This document shows, one piece after another, positions 31,358 through 41,848 of a DNA stretch of 64,000 bases (positions are counted from its first letter, which is position 1; every line of letters starts with the position of its first letter). Both the position numbers and the translations under genes were made by a program. The notes beneath the pieces were generated by a model. It saw only the letters and a program-made list of their open reading frames with translations. It was not told the DNA's origin and did not search any database. The stretch is from an uncultured Chloroflexia bacterium (GTDB taxonomy: Bacteria; Chloroflexota; Limnocylindria; Limnocylindrales; CSP1-4), in the NCBI GenBank assembly GCA_963819655.1, contig CAWFXA010000002.1, positions 224,001 through 288,000 on the forward strand, given 5' to 3'.

Positions 31358-31435
31358 GGTGGACCGAGGACTGGACGATACGATACGCTCGACTTCGGCG
31401 TCAACCTCAGGCGCCGCCCGAGGATATGGTGAGAC

Positions 31436-32464
31436 ATGGCCGTCGATCCAAACGAACGCATCGCGCTCGGACGAACGGGAGTGCACGTGACGCGCCTGTC
31501 GTTCGGCGGAGCGTCGATCGGCGGCCTGTACTCCGACATCGACGATGACGCCGCGATCGCCACCGTCCGCCACGCCTGGTCCATCGGGATCCGCGCGTTC
31601 GACACGGCCCCGCTCTATGGATACGGGGCATCGGAGCGCCGCGTCGGGGCTGGCCTGCAGGGCCGTCCACGCGAGGAGTTCGTGGTGTCGACGAAGGTCG
31701 GGCGGCTTGTCCGAGCGGAGTCCGAGATCGCGCTCGACACGGACGTCGATCGGCAGCGGCTGCGTGATCGCGAGGACGCCTACTATCCCCGCCAGGAACG
31801 GGTTCGGATGGTCTTCGACTACAGCGCCGACGGTGTTCGCCGCTCGCTCGACGAGAGCCTGCAGCGCCTCGGCCTGGATCGCGTCGACATCGCCTTCATC
31901 CACGACCCGGACGACCATTGGGAGGCCGCGATCGACGAGGCGTGGCCGGCCCTTGCGAGGCTTCGGTCGGAGGGGGTGGTCCGAGCCGTCGGCGCCGGGA
32001 TGAACCAATCGGCGATGCTCGCCCGATTCGCCCGTGAGACCGACATGGACGTGTTGCTGCTCGCTAATCGGTACACGCTGCTGGACCACGGGGCACTCGA
32101 TACGTTGCTGCCCGTCTGCGTCGATCGCGGGATCGCGGTCCTCGTCGGCGGTGTGATGAATAGCGGGATCCTCGCCGATCCGAGACCCGGGAGCCGGTTC
32201 GACTACGCACCGGCACCCCCCGACATCGTCACGCGAGCGCAGCGGCTCGCGGAGGTCTGCGCTCGATTCGGCGTGCCCCTGCGCGCGGCGGCCATGCAGT
32301 TCCCGCTGGCGCATCCCGCCATCGTGTCGCTGGTCGCCGGCGTCCGGACGCCCGCCCACCTCGACGATTATCCCGCGATGCTCGCCCACCCCATCCCGTC
32401 GGAGCTGTGGGCCGAGCTGCGGGCAGAGCGCCTCATCGCGCCGGAGGCGCCGGTTCCCGGGTGA
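31436..32464 (+). CDS. Aldo/keto reductase, L-fucose (D-threo-aldose) 1-dehydrogenase-like
   Basis: FDTAPLYGYG.SE, STKVGRL, FDYSADG, HDPD, NSGIL. Confidence 0.88.
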   Translation: MAVDPNERIALGRTGVHVTRLSFGGASIGGLYSDIDDDAAIATVRHAWSIGIRAFDTAPLYGYGASERRVGAGLQGRPREEFVVSTKVGRLVRAESEIALDTDVDRQRLRDREDAYYPRQERVRMVFDYSADGVRRSLDESLQRLGLDRVDIAFIHDPDDHWEAAIDEAWPALARLRSEGVVRAVGAGMNQSAMLARFARETDMDVLLLANRYTLLDHGALDTLLPVCVDRGIAVLVGGVMNSGILADPRPGSRFDYAPAPPDIVTRAQRLAEVCARFGVPLRAAAMQFPLAHPAIVSLVAGVRTPAHLDDYPAMLAHPIPSELWAELRAERLIAPEAPVPG

Positions 32465-32471
32465 CGCACGG

Positions 32472-33308
32472 ATGATCGTCGACGCGCATCACCACCTTTG
32501 GGACCCGGCCACCGCCGACTACCCGTGGCTGACCGACGAGCTGCGGGTCATCCGGCGCGCCTTCACCCCGGCGGATCTGGCCCCCGAGCTCGAGGCGGCA
32601 CAGGTCGAAGCGACCGTGCTCGTCCAGACGCGGTCGAGCACGGAAGAGACGCGCGAGTTCCTCGAGATCGCCCGTGCCACGCCGTTCATCCGCGGCGTCG
32701 TTGGGTGGGCAGATGTGACGGCGCCGTCCGTCGGTGACGCGATCGACGCCCTCCGGGCCGGGCCTGGCGGCGACCGTCTAGTAGGTATCCGGCACCAGGT
32801 CCATGACGAGCCCGACCCGGACTGGCTGCTTCGGGACGACGTCGCTCGGGGCATCCAAGCGGCCGGCGCCGCGGGGCTCGCCTACGACCTGCTCATTCGG
32901 CCGCGCGAGCTGCCCGCCGCCCTCGCGTTGGCGCGGCGTCTGCCGGACGTCCGGTTCGTCATCGACCACCTCGCCAAGCCGCCGATCGCGTCGGGCGACC
33001 TCGAGCCGTGGCGGTCCCGGATCGCCGGCTTCGGAGAGCTCGAGCACGTCGCGTGCAAGGTATCGGGCCTGGTCACCGAGGCCGCGTGGACGTCGTGGAC
33101 GCGGGCCGACCTCCAGCCGTATGTCGACCACGCCGTCGACGTCTTCGGCTCGGGGCGGCTCGTGTTCGGGTCGGACTGGCCCGTCTGCCTGCTGGCCGCG
33201 AGCTACCGGCAGGTCGTCGAGGCGGCGCGCACGACACTCGAGGGTCTGACCGACTCGGAGCGCGCGGCGATCTTTGGCGAGAACGCGGTCAGGATCTACC
33301 GCATCTGA
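32472..33308 (+). CDS. Amidohydrolase, L-fucono-1,5-lactonase-like
   Basis: DAHHHLW, DHLAKP, KVSGL.TEA, FGSDWPVC. Confidence 0.9.
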   Translation: MIVDAHHHLWDPATADYPWLTDELRVIRRAFTPADLAPELEAAQVEATVLVQTRSSTEETREFLEIARATPFIRGVVGWADVTAPSVGDAIDALRAGPGGDRLVGIRHQVHDEPDPDWLLRDDVARGIQAAGAAGLAYDLLIRPRELPAALALARRLPDVRFVIDHLAKPPIASGDLEPWRSRIAGFGELEHVACKVSGLVTEAAWTSWTRADLQPYVDHAVDVFGSGRLVFGSDWPVCLLAASYRQVVEAARTTLEGLTDSERAAIFGENAVRIYRI

Positions 33309-33330
33309 TCGTCGATCCGGGCTCCGGGGC

Positions 33331-33360
33331 AGCCCAGCGGCGCGGAGCCCAGCGGCGCGG
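33331..33360. repeat. Perfect 15-bp tandem duplication
   Basis: AGCCCAGCGGCGCGG x2. Confidence 0.9.
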
Positions 33361-33436
33361 ATAGGCGGACCGTGAGCCGGTGCAGGTCGGCGATCAAGGC
33401 AGGTCCCCGCTCGAAGCCGGCTCGACCGCTATCATC
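33350..33436 (-). pseudogene. Remnant of an IclR paralog (large internal deletion)
   Basis: Minus strand reads PALIADLHRLTVRLSAPL versus the intact IclR C-terminus PLLIDDLHRLAVHLTDPL. Confidence 0.7.
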
Positions 33437-33452
33437 TGCAACTTTTCGCCAC

Positions 33453-33544
33453 GGTCAGCATGCTGAACAGTGTACCGTATCTTGACTCCAACCCCGCGAT
33501 TGCCATACTGTCCAACATACCGCCGCCTGTCCAATATGCTGGAC
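33453..33544 (+). promoter_or_regulatory. Sigma70 promoter with IclR-type operators
   Basis: TTGACT(33482)-N16-CATACT(33504); palindromes GGTCAGCATGCTGAAC and GTCCAATATGCTGGAC. Confidence 0.75.
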
Positions 33545-33577
33545 AACCGGAGCGAACACAAGAGGAGGGTCATTGCC

Positions 33578-34884
33578 ATGCGTCCTCTCGGTAGGTGGAG
33601 GGGGATGGTGGGCATCGTCGCCGCCGGGCTGCTTGTCACGGCGTGCGGCGCCCCCGCCGGCAGTCCCCAACCGTCAGCCCCGCAAGCATCAGCCCCGCAA
33701 GCATCAGCCCCGCAAGCATCAGCCGTCAGCGGGGACCTGACGTTCCAGTTCTGGATCGGTGGCGAAGCGGACCAGAAGGCCTGGGAAGACGGTGGTCGCC
33801 GTGGCGATGGCCGACCACCCGGGCCTCAACATCACGGTCCAGGGCACCCCGTGGCCCGACTACTGGTCGAAGATCGGCAATCAACTGAGCAATCCCGGGG
33901 CGCCGTGCATCGTCGGCATGCAGAGCCTGCGCCTGGCGGCGTACGGCGACCAGCTGGTGCCGTTGGACGATCTGATGGCGAAGTACGGCGTGAACGCCGC
34001 GGACTTCGACAAGTCGATCCTCGACGGGACGAAGCACGGCGGCAAGCAGGTGGCCCTGCCGTATGACTTCGGACCGCTGATCGTCTTCTACAACCGCGAC
34101 CTCTTCAAGGCGGCCAGCATCGCGGAGCCGAAGCCGGGCTGGACGCTCGATGACTTCACGAAGGCCGCGACCGCACTGACCACTGGTGGCAAGTTCGGGT
34201 TCACCACGGCCTCCATCGACCAGGAATACCTGTCCTGGGTGCTGGACCTCTCGGGTGCCGAGGTGCTCGATGCGGACGGCAAGCTGGCGCTCACCTCGCC
34301 CGCGTTCGTGGACGGCTACAAGCAGTACGTCGACCTGATGCGATCGGGCATCGCGTCGCCTGTCACGGTGGCAGGCTACGACGGCTACGTCATCATGCAA
34401 AGCGAATGGCAAGCTGGCACAGCCGCGATGTATGTCGATGGCCCGTGGATGGTGATCAGTAACAGGGACGCCGTCCAGTTCGACATGGGCGTGGCGCCGA
34501 TGCCGGTCGGGCCAGGCGGCTCGAAGCACTACACCGCGGGTTCCGGTTTCGGGATCTCCAAGCAGTGCACGACTCCCGACGCGGCCTTCCAGGCCATCGT
34601 CTCGATGACCAGCGACGAGGCGCTGACCGGCCTTGCCTCCGTCGGCCGGGCATACCCGGCACGACCAGCCGTGGCGGATGCCTGGTACACAGCCGCCAAG
34701 ATCGAGGGCGCCCGCGAAACGCTCGATTACGCCACGACCAACTCGGTGCCGTGGCTCACCCCGCCGAACTGGGTCGAGGTGGCTGACCTGTTCGACCGGA
34801 CCGGGTTGCAGGCGCTGACCGGCGAGCTCACACCTGAGGCAGGTCCTGCAGACCGTCCAGGAACAGGGCACAGCCGGGAGCTAG
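33578..34884 (+). CDS. Sugar ABC substrate-binding lipoprotein (frameshifts near 33790 and 34840)
   Basis: GAGGAGG RBS, LLVTAC lipobox, ALPY..FYNRDLF, GPW. Confidence 0.88.
33674..33724 (+). repeat. 15-bp tandem repeat encoding an SAPQA linker
   Basis: TCAGCCCCGCAAGCA x3 plus a partial copy. Confidence 0.9.
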
Positions 34885-34899
34885 AACTCTCGCAAGGAT

Positions 34900-34933
34900 G
34901 TGGCGGCGGCGCCTCTCGAGGCATCGCCGCCAC
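34900..34933 (+). terminator. Intercistronic stem-loop after the SBP gene
   Basis: GTGGCGGCGGCGCCTC-TC-GAGGCATCGCCGCCAC. Confidence 0.7.
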
Positions 34934-34950
34934 TTCTACGCTGAGGCCAA

Positions 34951-35887
34951 ATGTCCATGGCGATCGACACCACCGCCCCCGCGCCCGGGGTCTCGCCCGC
35001 AGCGCACCGCCGAACGCGGCTGCGGGATGATCGCCGCCACGCCCTGATCTTCCTCGGGCCGAGCGTGCTCGGCCTCGCCCTGTTCACGCTGTTCCCGACC
35101 GTGATGGCGCTGGTGATGAGCCTGTTCGACTGGCCAGTCTTCGGGGACCGCACCTTCCGCGGGCTCGACAACTACGCGCGCCTTCTGGGGAACCCGGTCT
35201 TCCGCCAGGTGGTGCTCAACACGTGCCTGTTCGTCGTGCTCTACGTCCCGCTCAACCTCGTCGTGTCGTTGGGCCTGGCGGTGTGGGTGTCCCCACGGAT
35301 CAAGGGTCGCCCGTTCTTCCGGATCCTGTTCTTCATCCCGGTCCTGGCGCCGGTCGTGGCCAATGCCATGGTGTGGCGGTTCATGTACCAACCCGGTGGA
35401 CTGCTGGACTCCGTGTCGCAGAGCGTGCTCGGCTCCCCCGCGCCGAACTTCTTGGCGTCCTCTTCCACGGCGATGCTGGCGATCGTCGTCATGTCCGTCT
35501 GGCAGGGCTTCGGCTACAACTTCCTGGTCTTCTCAACGGCGATCGACCAGGTGCCGCAGGAACAGCTGGAAGCCGCCGCCATCGACGGTGCCAGCGGGCG
35601 GCAGCGGTTCTGGCACGTGACCCTGCCGATGATCACGCCGTCGATCTTCTTTGCCACCACGTTGACGCTCATCACGTCCTTCCAGGTGTTCGCGCAGCCC
35701 TTCCTGCTCACCAAGGGCGGCCCGGGCAATAACACCCAAACGCTGGTGCTGTTCGTCTACAACGAGGGCTGGCGGTTCCTGCACATGGGACTCGCCGCGG
35801 CAGCCGGGCTGGGTCCTGTTCGTGATCATCATGGGGATCACCGCGGTCCAGTTCCTGGGCCAGAAGCGATGGGTGCACTATGGCTGA
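34951..35887 (+). CDS. Sugar ABC permease (frameshift near 35805)
   Basis: EAAAIDGAS EAA loop, TKGGP. Confidence 0.9.
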
Positions 35888-36755
35888 AGCACGGACCCTG
35901 GCTCGCCGACGCGCGGCCGCCCTGCGCCGAGGGGCCGGGCCGCGCCCCGTCATCTCCCACCTGCTGCTCGTCGTCGTGGCGCTGCTGTTCGTCGCCCCAC
36001 TCCTCTTCGCATTTGCGACCTCGCTCAAGCCGCAGGACGAGGTGTTCACCGCCCCCCCGACGCTCATCGGCTCGGAGTTGCGGTTCGAGAACTACATCGA
36101 GGCGTTCCAGTTCGCGCCGTTCGCGCGCTACTTCTTCAACAGCTTCCTGGTCGCGATCATCGGGACTGCCGTGGTCGTTGCCGCGTCGAGCCTGTCGGCC
36201 TTCGCATTCGCCCGGCTGCGGTTCCGGGGACGCGAGCTGCTGTTCGTGCTCTTCCTCGGCACGCTGATGGTGCCGCAGGAGGTGCTGATCGTGCCGATGT
36301 ACTGGCTCATGCAGACCCTGGGCTGGGTGGACAGCTACCAGGCGCTGATCCTCCCGTTCGCATTCACGGCGTTCGGGACGTTCCTGCTCCGCCAGTTCTT
36401 CCTCACGGTGCCGGCCGAACTGGTGGATTCGGCGCGGGTCGACGGCGCCGGGCCGTTCGACATCTTCTTCCGGATCATGCTGCCGCTGTCGCGGCCCGCG
36501 CTCGCGGTGCTGGCGATGTTCACGTTCATCGCCTACTGGGGTAGCTTCCTCTGGCCACTGATCGTCATCGACACCGTCAACGTGAAAGGCACCGTGCCGC
36601 TGGGGCTGACCTCGTTCATGGCCCAGCAGGGCACGCAGTGGAACCTGATGATGGCCGCGGCCATGCTGGCCATGGTGCCCTCGGTGCTCCTGGTCGTGCT
36701 GCTCCAGAAGAATCTCGTGCGCGGGCTCCTCACCACCGGGTTTGGCGGGCGTTGA
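35880..36755 (+). CDS. Sugar ABC permease
   Basis: FLLRQFF..VP.ELVDSARVDGA. Confidence 0.92.
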   Translation: MAEARTLARRRAAALRRGAGPRPVISHLLLVVVALLFVAPLLFAFATSLKPQDEVFTAPPTLIGSELRFENYIEAFQFAPFARYFFNSFLVAIIGTAVVVAASSLSAFAFARLRFRGRELLFVLFLGTLMVPQEVLIVPMYWLMQTLGWVDSYQALILPFAFTAFGTFLLRQFFLTVPAELVDSARVDGAGPFDIFFRIMLPLSRPALAVLAMFTFIAYWGSFLWPLIVIDTVNVKGTVPLGLTSFMAQQGTQWNLMMAAAMLAMVPSVLLVVLLQKNLVRGLLTTGFGGR

Positions 36756-36807
36756 GAACGAGCGCCCGATACATCTTCCAGGACGAATGGATTCCGAAAG
36801 GAGACCC

Positions 36808-38115
36808 ATGATTCGTGGCGCAAGCGGTGGCGATCTGGGCTGGTGTCTCGAGGCGCGGTTCGGGATGTTCGTCCACTTCGGCCTGTACTCATCGCTTGCG
36901 CGCCACGAGTGGGTGATGAGCCGGGAGAAGACGGCGCCGGACGTCTATGAACGGTACGTCCGCTACTTCGACCCCGACCTCTACGATCCCCGCGAATGGG
37001 CGCGAGCCGCCGCGGACGCCGGGATGCGGTACGTGGTGCTCACGACGAAGCACCACGAGGGCTTCTGCCTCTGGGATTCAGCACTGTCCGACTACACCGT
37101 CATGGCCACCCCGTACGGCAAGGACCTGGTCGGCCCGTTCGTCGAGGCGGTGCGCGCCGCGGGGCTCAAGGTCGGCTTCTATCACTCCCTGCTCGATTGG
37201 CACCATCCCGACTTCGCCGTCGATGACTTCCATCCGCTGCGAGATCGCGAGAACGTGGACGAGCTGAACGAGGGGAGGGACGGGAGCCGGTATCGCGAGT
37301 ACCTCCACGGCCAGGTCCGGGAGCTGCTGACGCGATACGGCAAGATCGACTACCTCTTCATGGACTTCTCCTACGAAGACGGCACGATCCCTGAGTCGTC
37401 CGTCCTGCCCGGCAAAGGACCGGCCTTCTGGGGTTCGGCTGAGCTCCTCGCCATGATCCGGGAGTTGCAGCCGGGCATCGTCGTCAACGACCGGCTCGGC
37501 ATCCCTGGCGACTTCGTGACGCCCGAGCAGTACCAGCCGGCGGGTCCCATGACCGCGGCAGACGGCGAGCCGATCCGCTGGGAGGCATGCCAGACCCTCA
37601 ACGGCAGCTGGGGCTACGACCGCGACAACCTGGACTACAAGCCGGTCGATCTGCTGGTCCGGATGCTCGTGGACGGCGTCTCCAAGGACGGCAACATGCT
37701 GCTGAACGTCGGTCCCACGGCGCGCGGCGAGTTCGATCCACGAGCGATCGCCTCCCTCCGAGGCATCGGCGACTGGACGCGGCTGCACGGCCGGTCGATC
37801 TACGGCGCCGGTCCATCCAGGTTCACGCCCCCGACGGACGCCCGCTACACGCAGCGCGGCGACCGCCTCTACCTCCACCTGTTCGCCTGGCCGTTCCAGC
37901 ACGTGCACCTGCCGGGCATGGCCGGCCAGGTCGAGTACGCCCAGCTGCTCAACGACGCGTCGGAGGTCGGCCTCGTCACGCTGCCGCCCGGCGCGGAGGC
38001 CGGCTCGATCCACCCGGGCGGGCAGCCGGAAGGCACGTTGACGCTCAAGCTGCCCGTGCAGCGCCCGGACGTCGCGCTGCCCGTCGTCGAGCTGTTCCTC
38101 GTGCCCGGATCGTGA
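36808..38115 (+). CDS. Alpha-L-fucosidase (GH29), cytoplasmic
   Basis: RFGMFVHFG, TKHHEGF.LW, VVNDR, LLNVGP; AAGGAG RBS; no signal peptide. Confidence 0.93.
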   Translation: MIRGASGGDLGWCLEARFGMFVHFGLYSSLARHEWVMSREKTAPDVYERYVRYFDPDLYDPREWARAAADAGMRYVVLTTKHHEGFCLWDSALSDYTVMATPYGKDLVGPFVEAVRAAGLKVGFYHSLLDWHHPDFAVDDFHPLRDRENVDELNEGRDGSRYREYLHGQVRELLTRYGKIDYLFMDFSYEDGTIPESSVLPGKGPAFWGSAELLAMIRELQPGIVVNDRLGIPGDFVTPEQYQPAGPMTAADGEPIRWEACQTLNGSWGYDRDNLDYKPVDLLVRMLVDGVSKDGNMLLNVGPTARGEFDPRAIASLRGIGDWTRLHGRSIYGAGPSRFTPPTDARYTQRGDRLYLHLFAWPFQHVHLPGMAGQVEYAQLLNDASEVGLVTLPPGAEAGSIHPGGQPEGTLTLKLPVQRPDVALPVVELFLVPGS

Positions 38116-38223
38116 TCACCGTCCATCGATCCGCGACCGTCGAGACCCCTTATCCGAAGCCAGGGCCGTCAGCAGGGCGTCGTCGGCGCCGCCGCGAGCC
38201 AGCTAGGGGTCGGAGGGTGTCGT

Positions 38224-39127
38224 GTGAGCGGCGACGAGTCCTCGACCGACGCTTCGCGCCTCGTCAACGCGACCGCGAAGCTCGACCTGCTCGACGCAAC
38301 GTCGCGCTGGGCGGAAGGGCCCGTCTACGTGCCGGCGGGCCGATATCTCCTCTGGAGCGACGTACCGAGCGACCGGATCATGCGTTGGGACGAATCCTCG
38401 GGGCACGTCTCCGTCTTTCGGTCGCCATCGCAGAACGCGAACGGCAATACGCTCGATCGCCAGGGCCGGCTCGTCACCTGCGAGCAGCTGACCCGGCGGG
38501 TCACCCGGACCGAGCATGACGGTTCGATCACCGTCGTTGCCGATCGAATCGACGGGAAACGATTCAACAGTCCCAACGACGTCATCGTTGCGTCGGACGG
38601 CGCCATCTGGTTCACCGACCCGACCTACGGCATCGACAGCGACTACGAGGGACGGCGCGCCACGTCGGAGATCGGGAAATCGCGCCTGTACCGGGTCGAC
38701 CCATCGGACGCCTCCGTTCGCGTAGCGGGCGACGACTTCGTCCAACCTAACGGCCTCGCACTTTCGCCGGACGAGCGCCGACTCTACGTCTCGGACACCG
38801 GTCGAACGCACGTCGAGGGCGGTCCGGCGCACATCCGCATCTTCGACGTGAGCGCTGGGAAGCTGACGGGCGGAGAGATATTCGTTGAATGCCCCGTGGG
38901 GTTGTTCGATGGGTTCCGCCTGGACGAGGCCGGCAACGTCTGGACGAGCGCCGGTGACGGCGTCCGGTGCTACGACCCCGACGGAAACCTGATCGGCATC
39001 GTCCGTGCTCCCAGACCCCGTCGCAAACGTCTGCTTCGGGGGGCCGGCGCGCAACCGCCTCTTCATCTGCGCGACCAGCGCCGTCTACGCCGTGTACGTC
39101 CGGACGAACGGCATCAAGCTGGTCTAG
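38224..39127 (+). CDS. SMP-30/gluconolactonase family (frameshift near 39010)
   Basis: WAEGPV, NSPND, FTDP.YG, PNGLA, DGFRLD. Confidence 0.9.
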
Positions 39128-39223
39128 TGCCGGCGGCGCCGCGGCCGCATGAGCTGGGAGACGACGTTCACGGACTTCCTGTTCGACGTCGATCAGCCCT
39201 CTAGGATGCAGGCAGCAGACTCG

Positions 39224-39246
39224 TGCTCGTTCTCGACGAACGAGCA
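39224..39246. terminator. Hairpin between the convergent lactonase and IclR genes
   Basis: TGCTCGTTC-TCGAC-GAACGAGCA. Confidence 0.6.
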
Positions 39247-39248
39247 GA

Positions 39249-40070
39249 TCAATACGGCCGGGACGATCGTGCGGCGCGCAGTGGATCGGTGAGATGGACG
39301 GCGAGCCGGTGGAGGTCATCGATGAGGAGCGGGATCCGCTCGTCCGTCGCGCGAGCCTTCAGCAGCGTGATGCTCGCCGCGTAGGGACCCTCGCCCGGCC
39401 GGCGCCCCGGGATCATCACGCCGAAGCACACGACGCCTTCCACGGTCTCCTCGTCGTCCATCGAGTAGCCCCGTTCGCGGACGACGACCAGGTCGGCACG
39501 CAGCGCCTCGACCGTCCCGATGGAGTTCGGGGTCAGCATCGGCAACGGGGTCGCACCGGCCAGTCGATCGTCCAGGTCGTCGTCGGGGAGCGACGCCAAC
39601 GCCGCCTTGCCGGTCGCGGTGACCGTCGCCGGCAGGCGGCGACCGATCTGGGATGTCAACCGCACCGGCTGGCGGCCGTCGTGCCGGGCGAGGTACGTCA
39701 TCTCGAGGCCGTCGAGGACAGCCAGCTGGATGGTCTCCTCGGAGCCCACCGGAAGGAGCTGGGCCGCCTCGTAGAACTCCTGGACGAGGTCGACCGAAGC
39801 GAGGTACGCACCGCCGAGTTCCGCCAGCTTCCGGCCGAGGGCGAAGCCGGTCCCGATCCTGCGGACCAGGCCGATGTCCGCCAGCGCGTTGCAGATGTTG
39901 GCGATCGACGACTTGGGTAGCCCCAGCCGGCGCGCGAGCTCGCTCGGCCCGGCCGCCTTGCCCGCATTCTCGGCGAGCAGGTCGAGGATCGCCCCGGCTC
40001 TGGTGACGGCCGGGGCCAGCGACTCGCTCTCGGCCGCCGTTTCATCGATCGCCCGCGCGGCGTCCGTCAT
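39249..40070 (-). CDS. IclR family transcriptional regulator
   Basis: HTH ELARRLGLPKSS; TATGKA; RERGYSMDDEE. Confidence 0.93.
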   Translation of the reverse strand: MTDAARAIDETAAESESLAPAVTRAGAILDLLAENAGKAAGPSELARRLGLPKSSIANICNALADIGLVRRIGTGFALGRKLAELGGAYLASVDLVQEFYEAAQLLPVGSEETIQLAVLDGLEMTYLARHDGRQPVRLTSQIGRRLPATVTATGKAALASLPDDDLDDRLAGATPLPMLTPNSIGTVEALRADLVVVRERGYSMDDEETVEGVVCFGVMIPGRRPGEGPYAASITLLKARATDERIPLLIDDLHRLAVHLTDPLRAARSSRPY

Positions 40071-40090
40071 CGTCGTCTCCCCTCCCCCTC

Positions 40091-40182
40091 GGCCAGCCTG
40101 CTGAACCGCGTGCGGTATCTTGACTTTGTGGATAGGGTCGGCATACTGGCCAGCATACCACCATCCGTTCAGTATGCTGGAC
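40091..40182 (+). promoter_or_regulatory. Sigma70 promoter with IclR-type operators (paralog of 33453-33544)
   Basis: TTGACT(40120)-N16-CATACT(40142); GGCCAGCCTGCTGAAC and GTTCAGTATGCTGGAC. Confidence 0.75.
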
Positions 40183-40218
40183 AATGGGCGGCGGATGTCA
40201 AGAGGAGGGCCACACGCC

Positions 40219-41775
40219 GTGTCGCGGTACCGCCTGGTCGCTGCAGCGATCATCCCGATTCTCGTCCTGACGGCCTGTAGCCCGTCGGCCAGTCCGTCTC
40301 CATCCTCGCCGGCCGCATCGACGCCGGCCGAGTCACCATCCGCGTCCGCCGAAGCTTCGCCGGCCGGCTCGCCGGGCACGAAGTTCGCGGGCATCAGCGT
40401 CAACATCCTGACCTTCAATGGGCCACAGGTCGCCGAGCCGCTCCAGCGCCGCGCTCCTGACTGGGAGCAGCTGACCGGTGGCCACGTCAATGTCGTCGCG
40501 GTCGGTTTCCAGACGATCTACGACAAGGCCCTCCTCGACGCGTCAACGGGCACGAATTCGTTCGACGGCTACGTCTTCGACCCGCAGTGGCTGGGAGATT
40601 TCGTGGGCCCGGGCTATCTGCTCGACCTGACGGACCGCGTGACCGCCGACACGCAGCTCGACTGGCAGGACATCGGCCCGTTCTTCCGGGACTTCAACGC
40701 CACCTACAACGGCAAGGTCTACACGATCCCGCTCGATGGCGATTTCCACATGGTCTACTACCGCTCCGACCTGCTCGAGAAGGACGGCCTCAAGCCGCCG
40801 ACCACCTGGGACGAATACATGACGGTCGCCCAGAAATACCACGGGCAGGATCTCAACGGCGACGGCGAGCCGGACTACGGCTCGTGCATCGCCAAGAAGA
40901 AGGGCGCCCAGAGCTACTGGTGGATCATCTCGATCGCCGCGGGCCTGCTCCAGGCCAAGGGCACCAACGACGGGGCGTTCTTCGACACGACGAATCTGAA
41001 CCCGCTGTTCGGGCCGAACGATGCCATGGCCAAGGCCCTCGCCATGTATGCGACGACGGCGACCGTCGGTCCGCCCGATGAGCTGAACATGGACGTCGGT
41101 GGATCGCGCGGTCTGTTCACGACCGGTCGCTGCGCGCTGTCGATGGACTGGGGCGACATCGGGACCCTGACCCCGGGCACCTATGCCCAGGACAAGACCG
41201 GCGCCACGATCACCCCCGGCTGGAAGGAAGTCCTCGATCGCTCGAGCGGCAAGCTCGTCGCGTGCGATGGAACGACGTGCCCCAACGCCGTCGACGGCGT
41301 CAACTACGCCCCGTTCGCATCCTTCGGTGGATGGTCGGGCGCGATCAATGCCGCCTCACCGAAAGAGCAGCAGGACGCCGCCTACGACTTCCTCTCGTAC
41401 ATGAGTGCTCCTGCCCAGTCAGGCGTGGATGTCACACTGGGCAAGACCGGCTACAACCCGTATCGGACCTCGCATTTCTCGACCATCCAGCCGTGGCTCG
41501 ACGCCGGCCTCAGCCAGGCCGCAGCCGAGAACTACCTCGGTGCCATCCAGGCCAGCCTCGAGAACAAGAACATGGTCCTTGACATGCGGATCCCGCTTAC
41601 CAAGCGCTACCAGCAGGACGTGCTCGACACCGCGGTATCGCAATACCTCGCCAACGAGCTCGACGCGACTGCGACCGGGCAGGCCATCGCCGACGGCTGG
41701 AACGCGATCAGCGACGAAGCCGGAAGGGAAGCCCAGCTCGCCGCGTATGTCGCCAGCCTTGGCGTCCAGCGGTAG
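40219..41775 (+). CDS. Sugar ABC substrate-binding lipoprotein
   Basis: LVLTAC lipobox, S/P/A linker, YYRSDLL, PTTWDE. Confidence 0.9.
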   Translation: MSRYRLVAAAIIPILVLTACSPSASPSPSSPAASTPAESPSASAEASPAGSPGTKFAGISVNILTFNGPQVAEPLQRRAPDWEQLTGGHVNVVAVGFQTIYDKALLDASTGTNSFDGYVFDPQWLGDFVGPGYLLDLTDRVTADTQLDWQDIGPFFRDFNATYNGKVYTIPLDGDFHMVYYRSDLLEKDGLKPPTTWDEYMTVAQKYHGQDLNGDGEPDYGSCIAKKKGAQSYWWIISIAAGLLQAKGTNDGAFFDTTNLNPLFGPNDAMAKALAMYATTATVGPPDELNMDVGGSRGLFTTGRCALSMDWGDIGTLTPGTYAQDKTGATITPGWKEVLDRSSGKLVACDGTTCPNAVDGVNYAPFASFGGWSGAINAASPKEQQDAAYDFLSYMSAPAQSGVDVTLGKTGYNPYRTSHFSTIQPWLDAGLSQAAAENYLGAIQASLENKNMVLDMRIPLTKRYQQDVLDTAVSQYLANELDATATGQAIADGWNAISDEAGREAQLAAYVASLGVQR

Positions 41776-41848
41776 CTCTGTTGCCACCGACCCGGAGAGC
41801 CTGACCGTCGACGGCCAGGCTCCCGAGACCCGCCAGCCGCGCCGAGCG

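Noticed and set aside
33674-33724. Short repeat array as CRISPR
   Set aside because: Spacerless 15-bp in-frame linker repeat; no cas genes
39149-39223. Short ORF start MSWETTFTDFLFDVDQ after the lactonase
   Set aside because: Too short, runs into the hairpin and IclR, and matches no family I recognise
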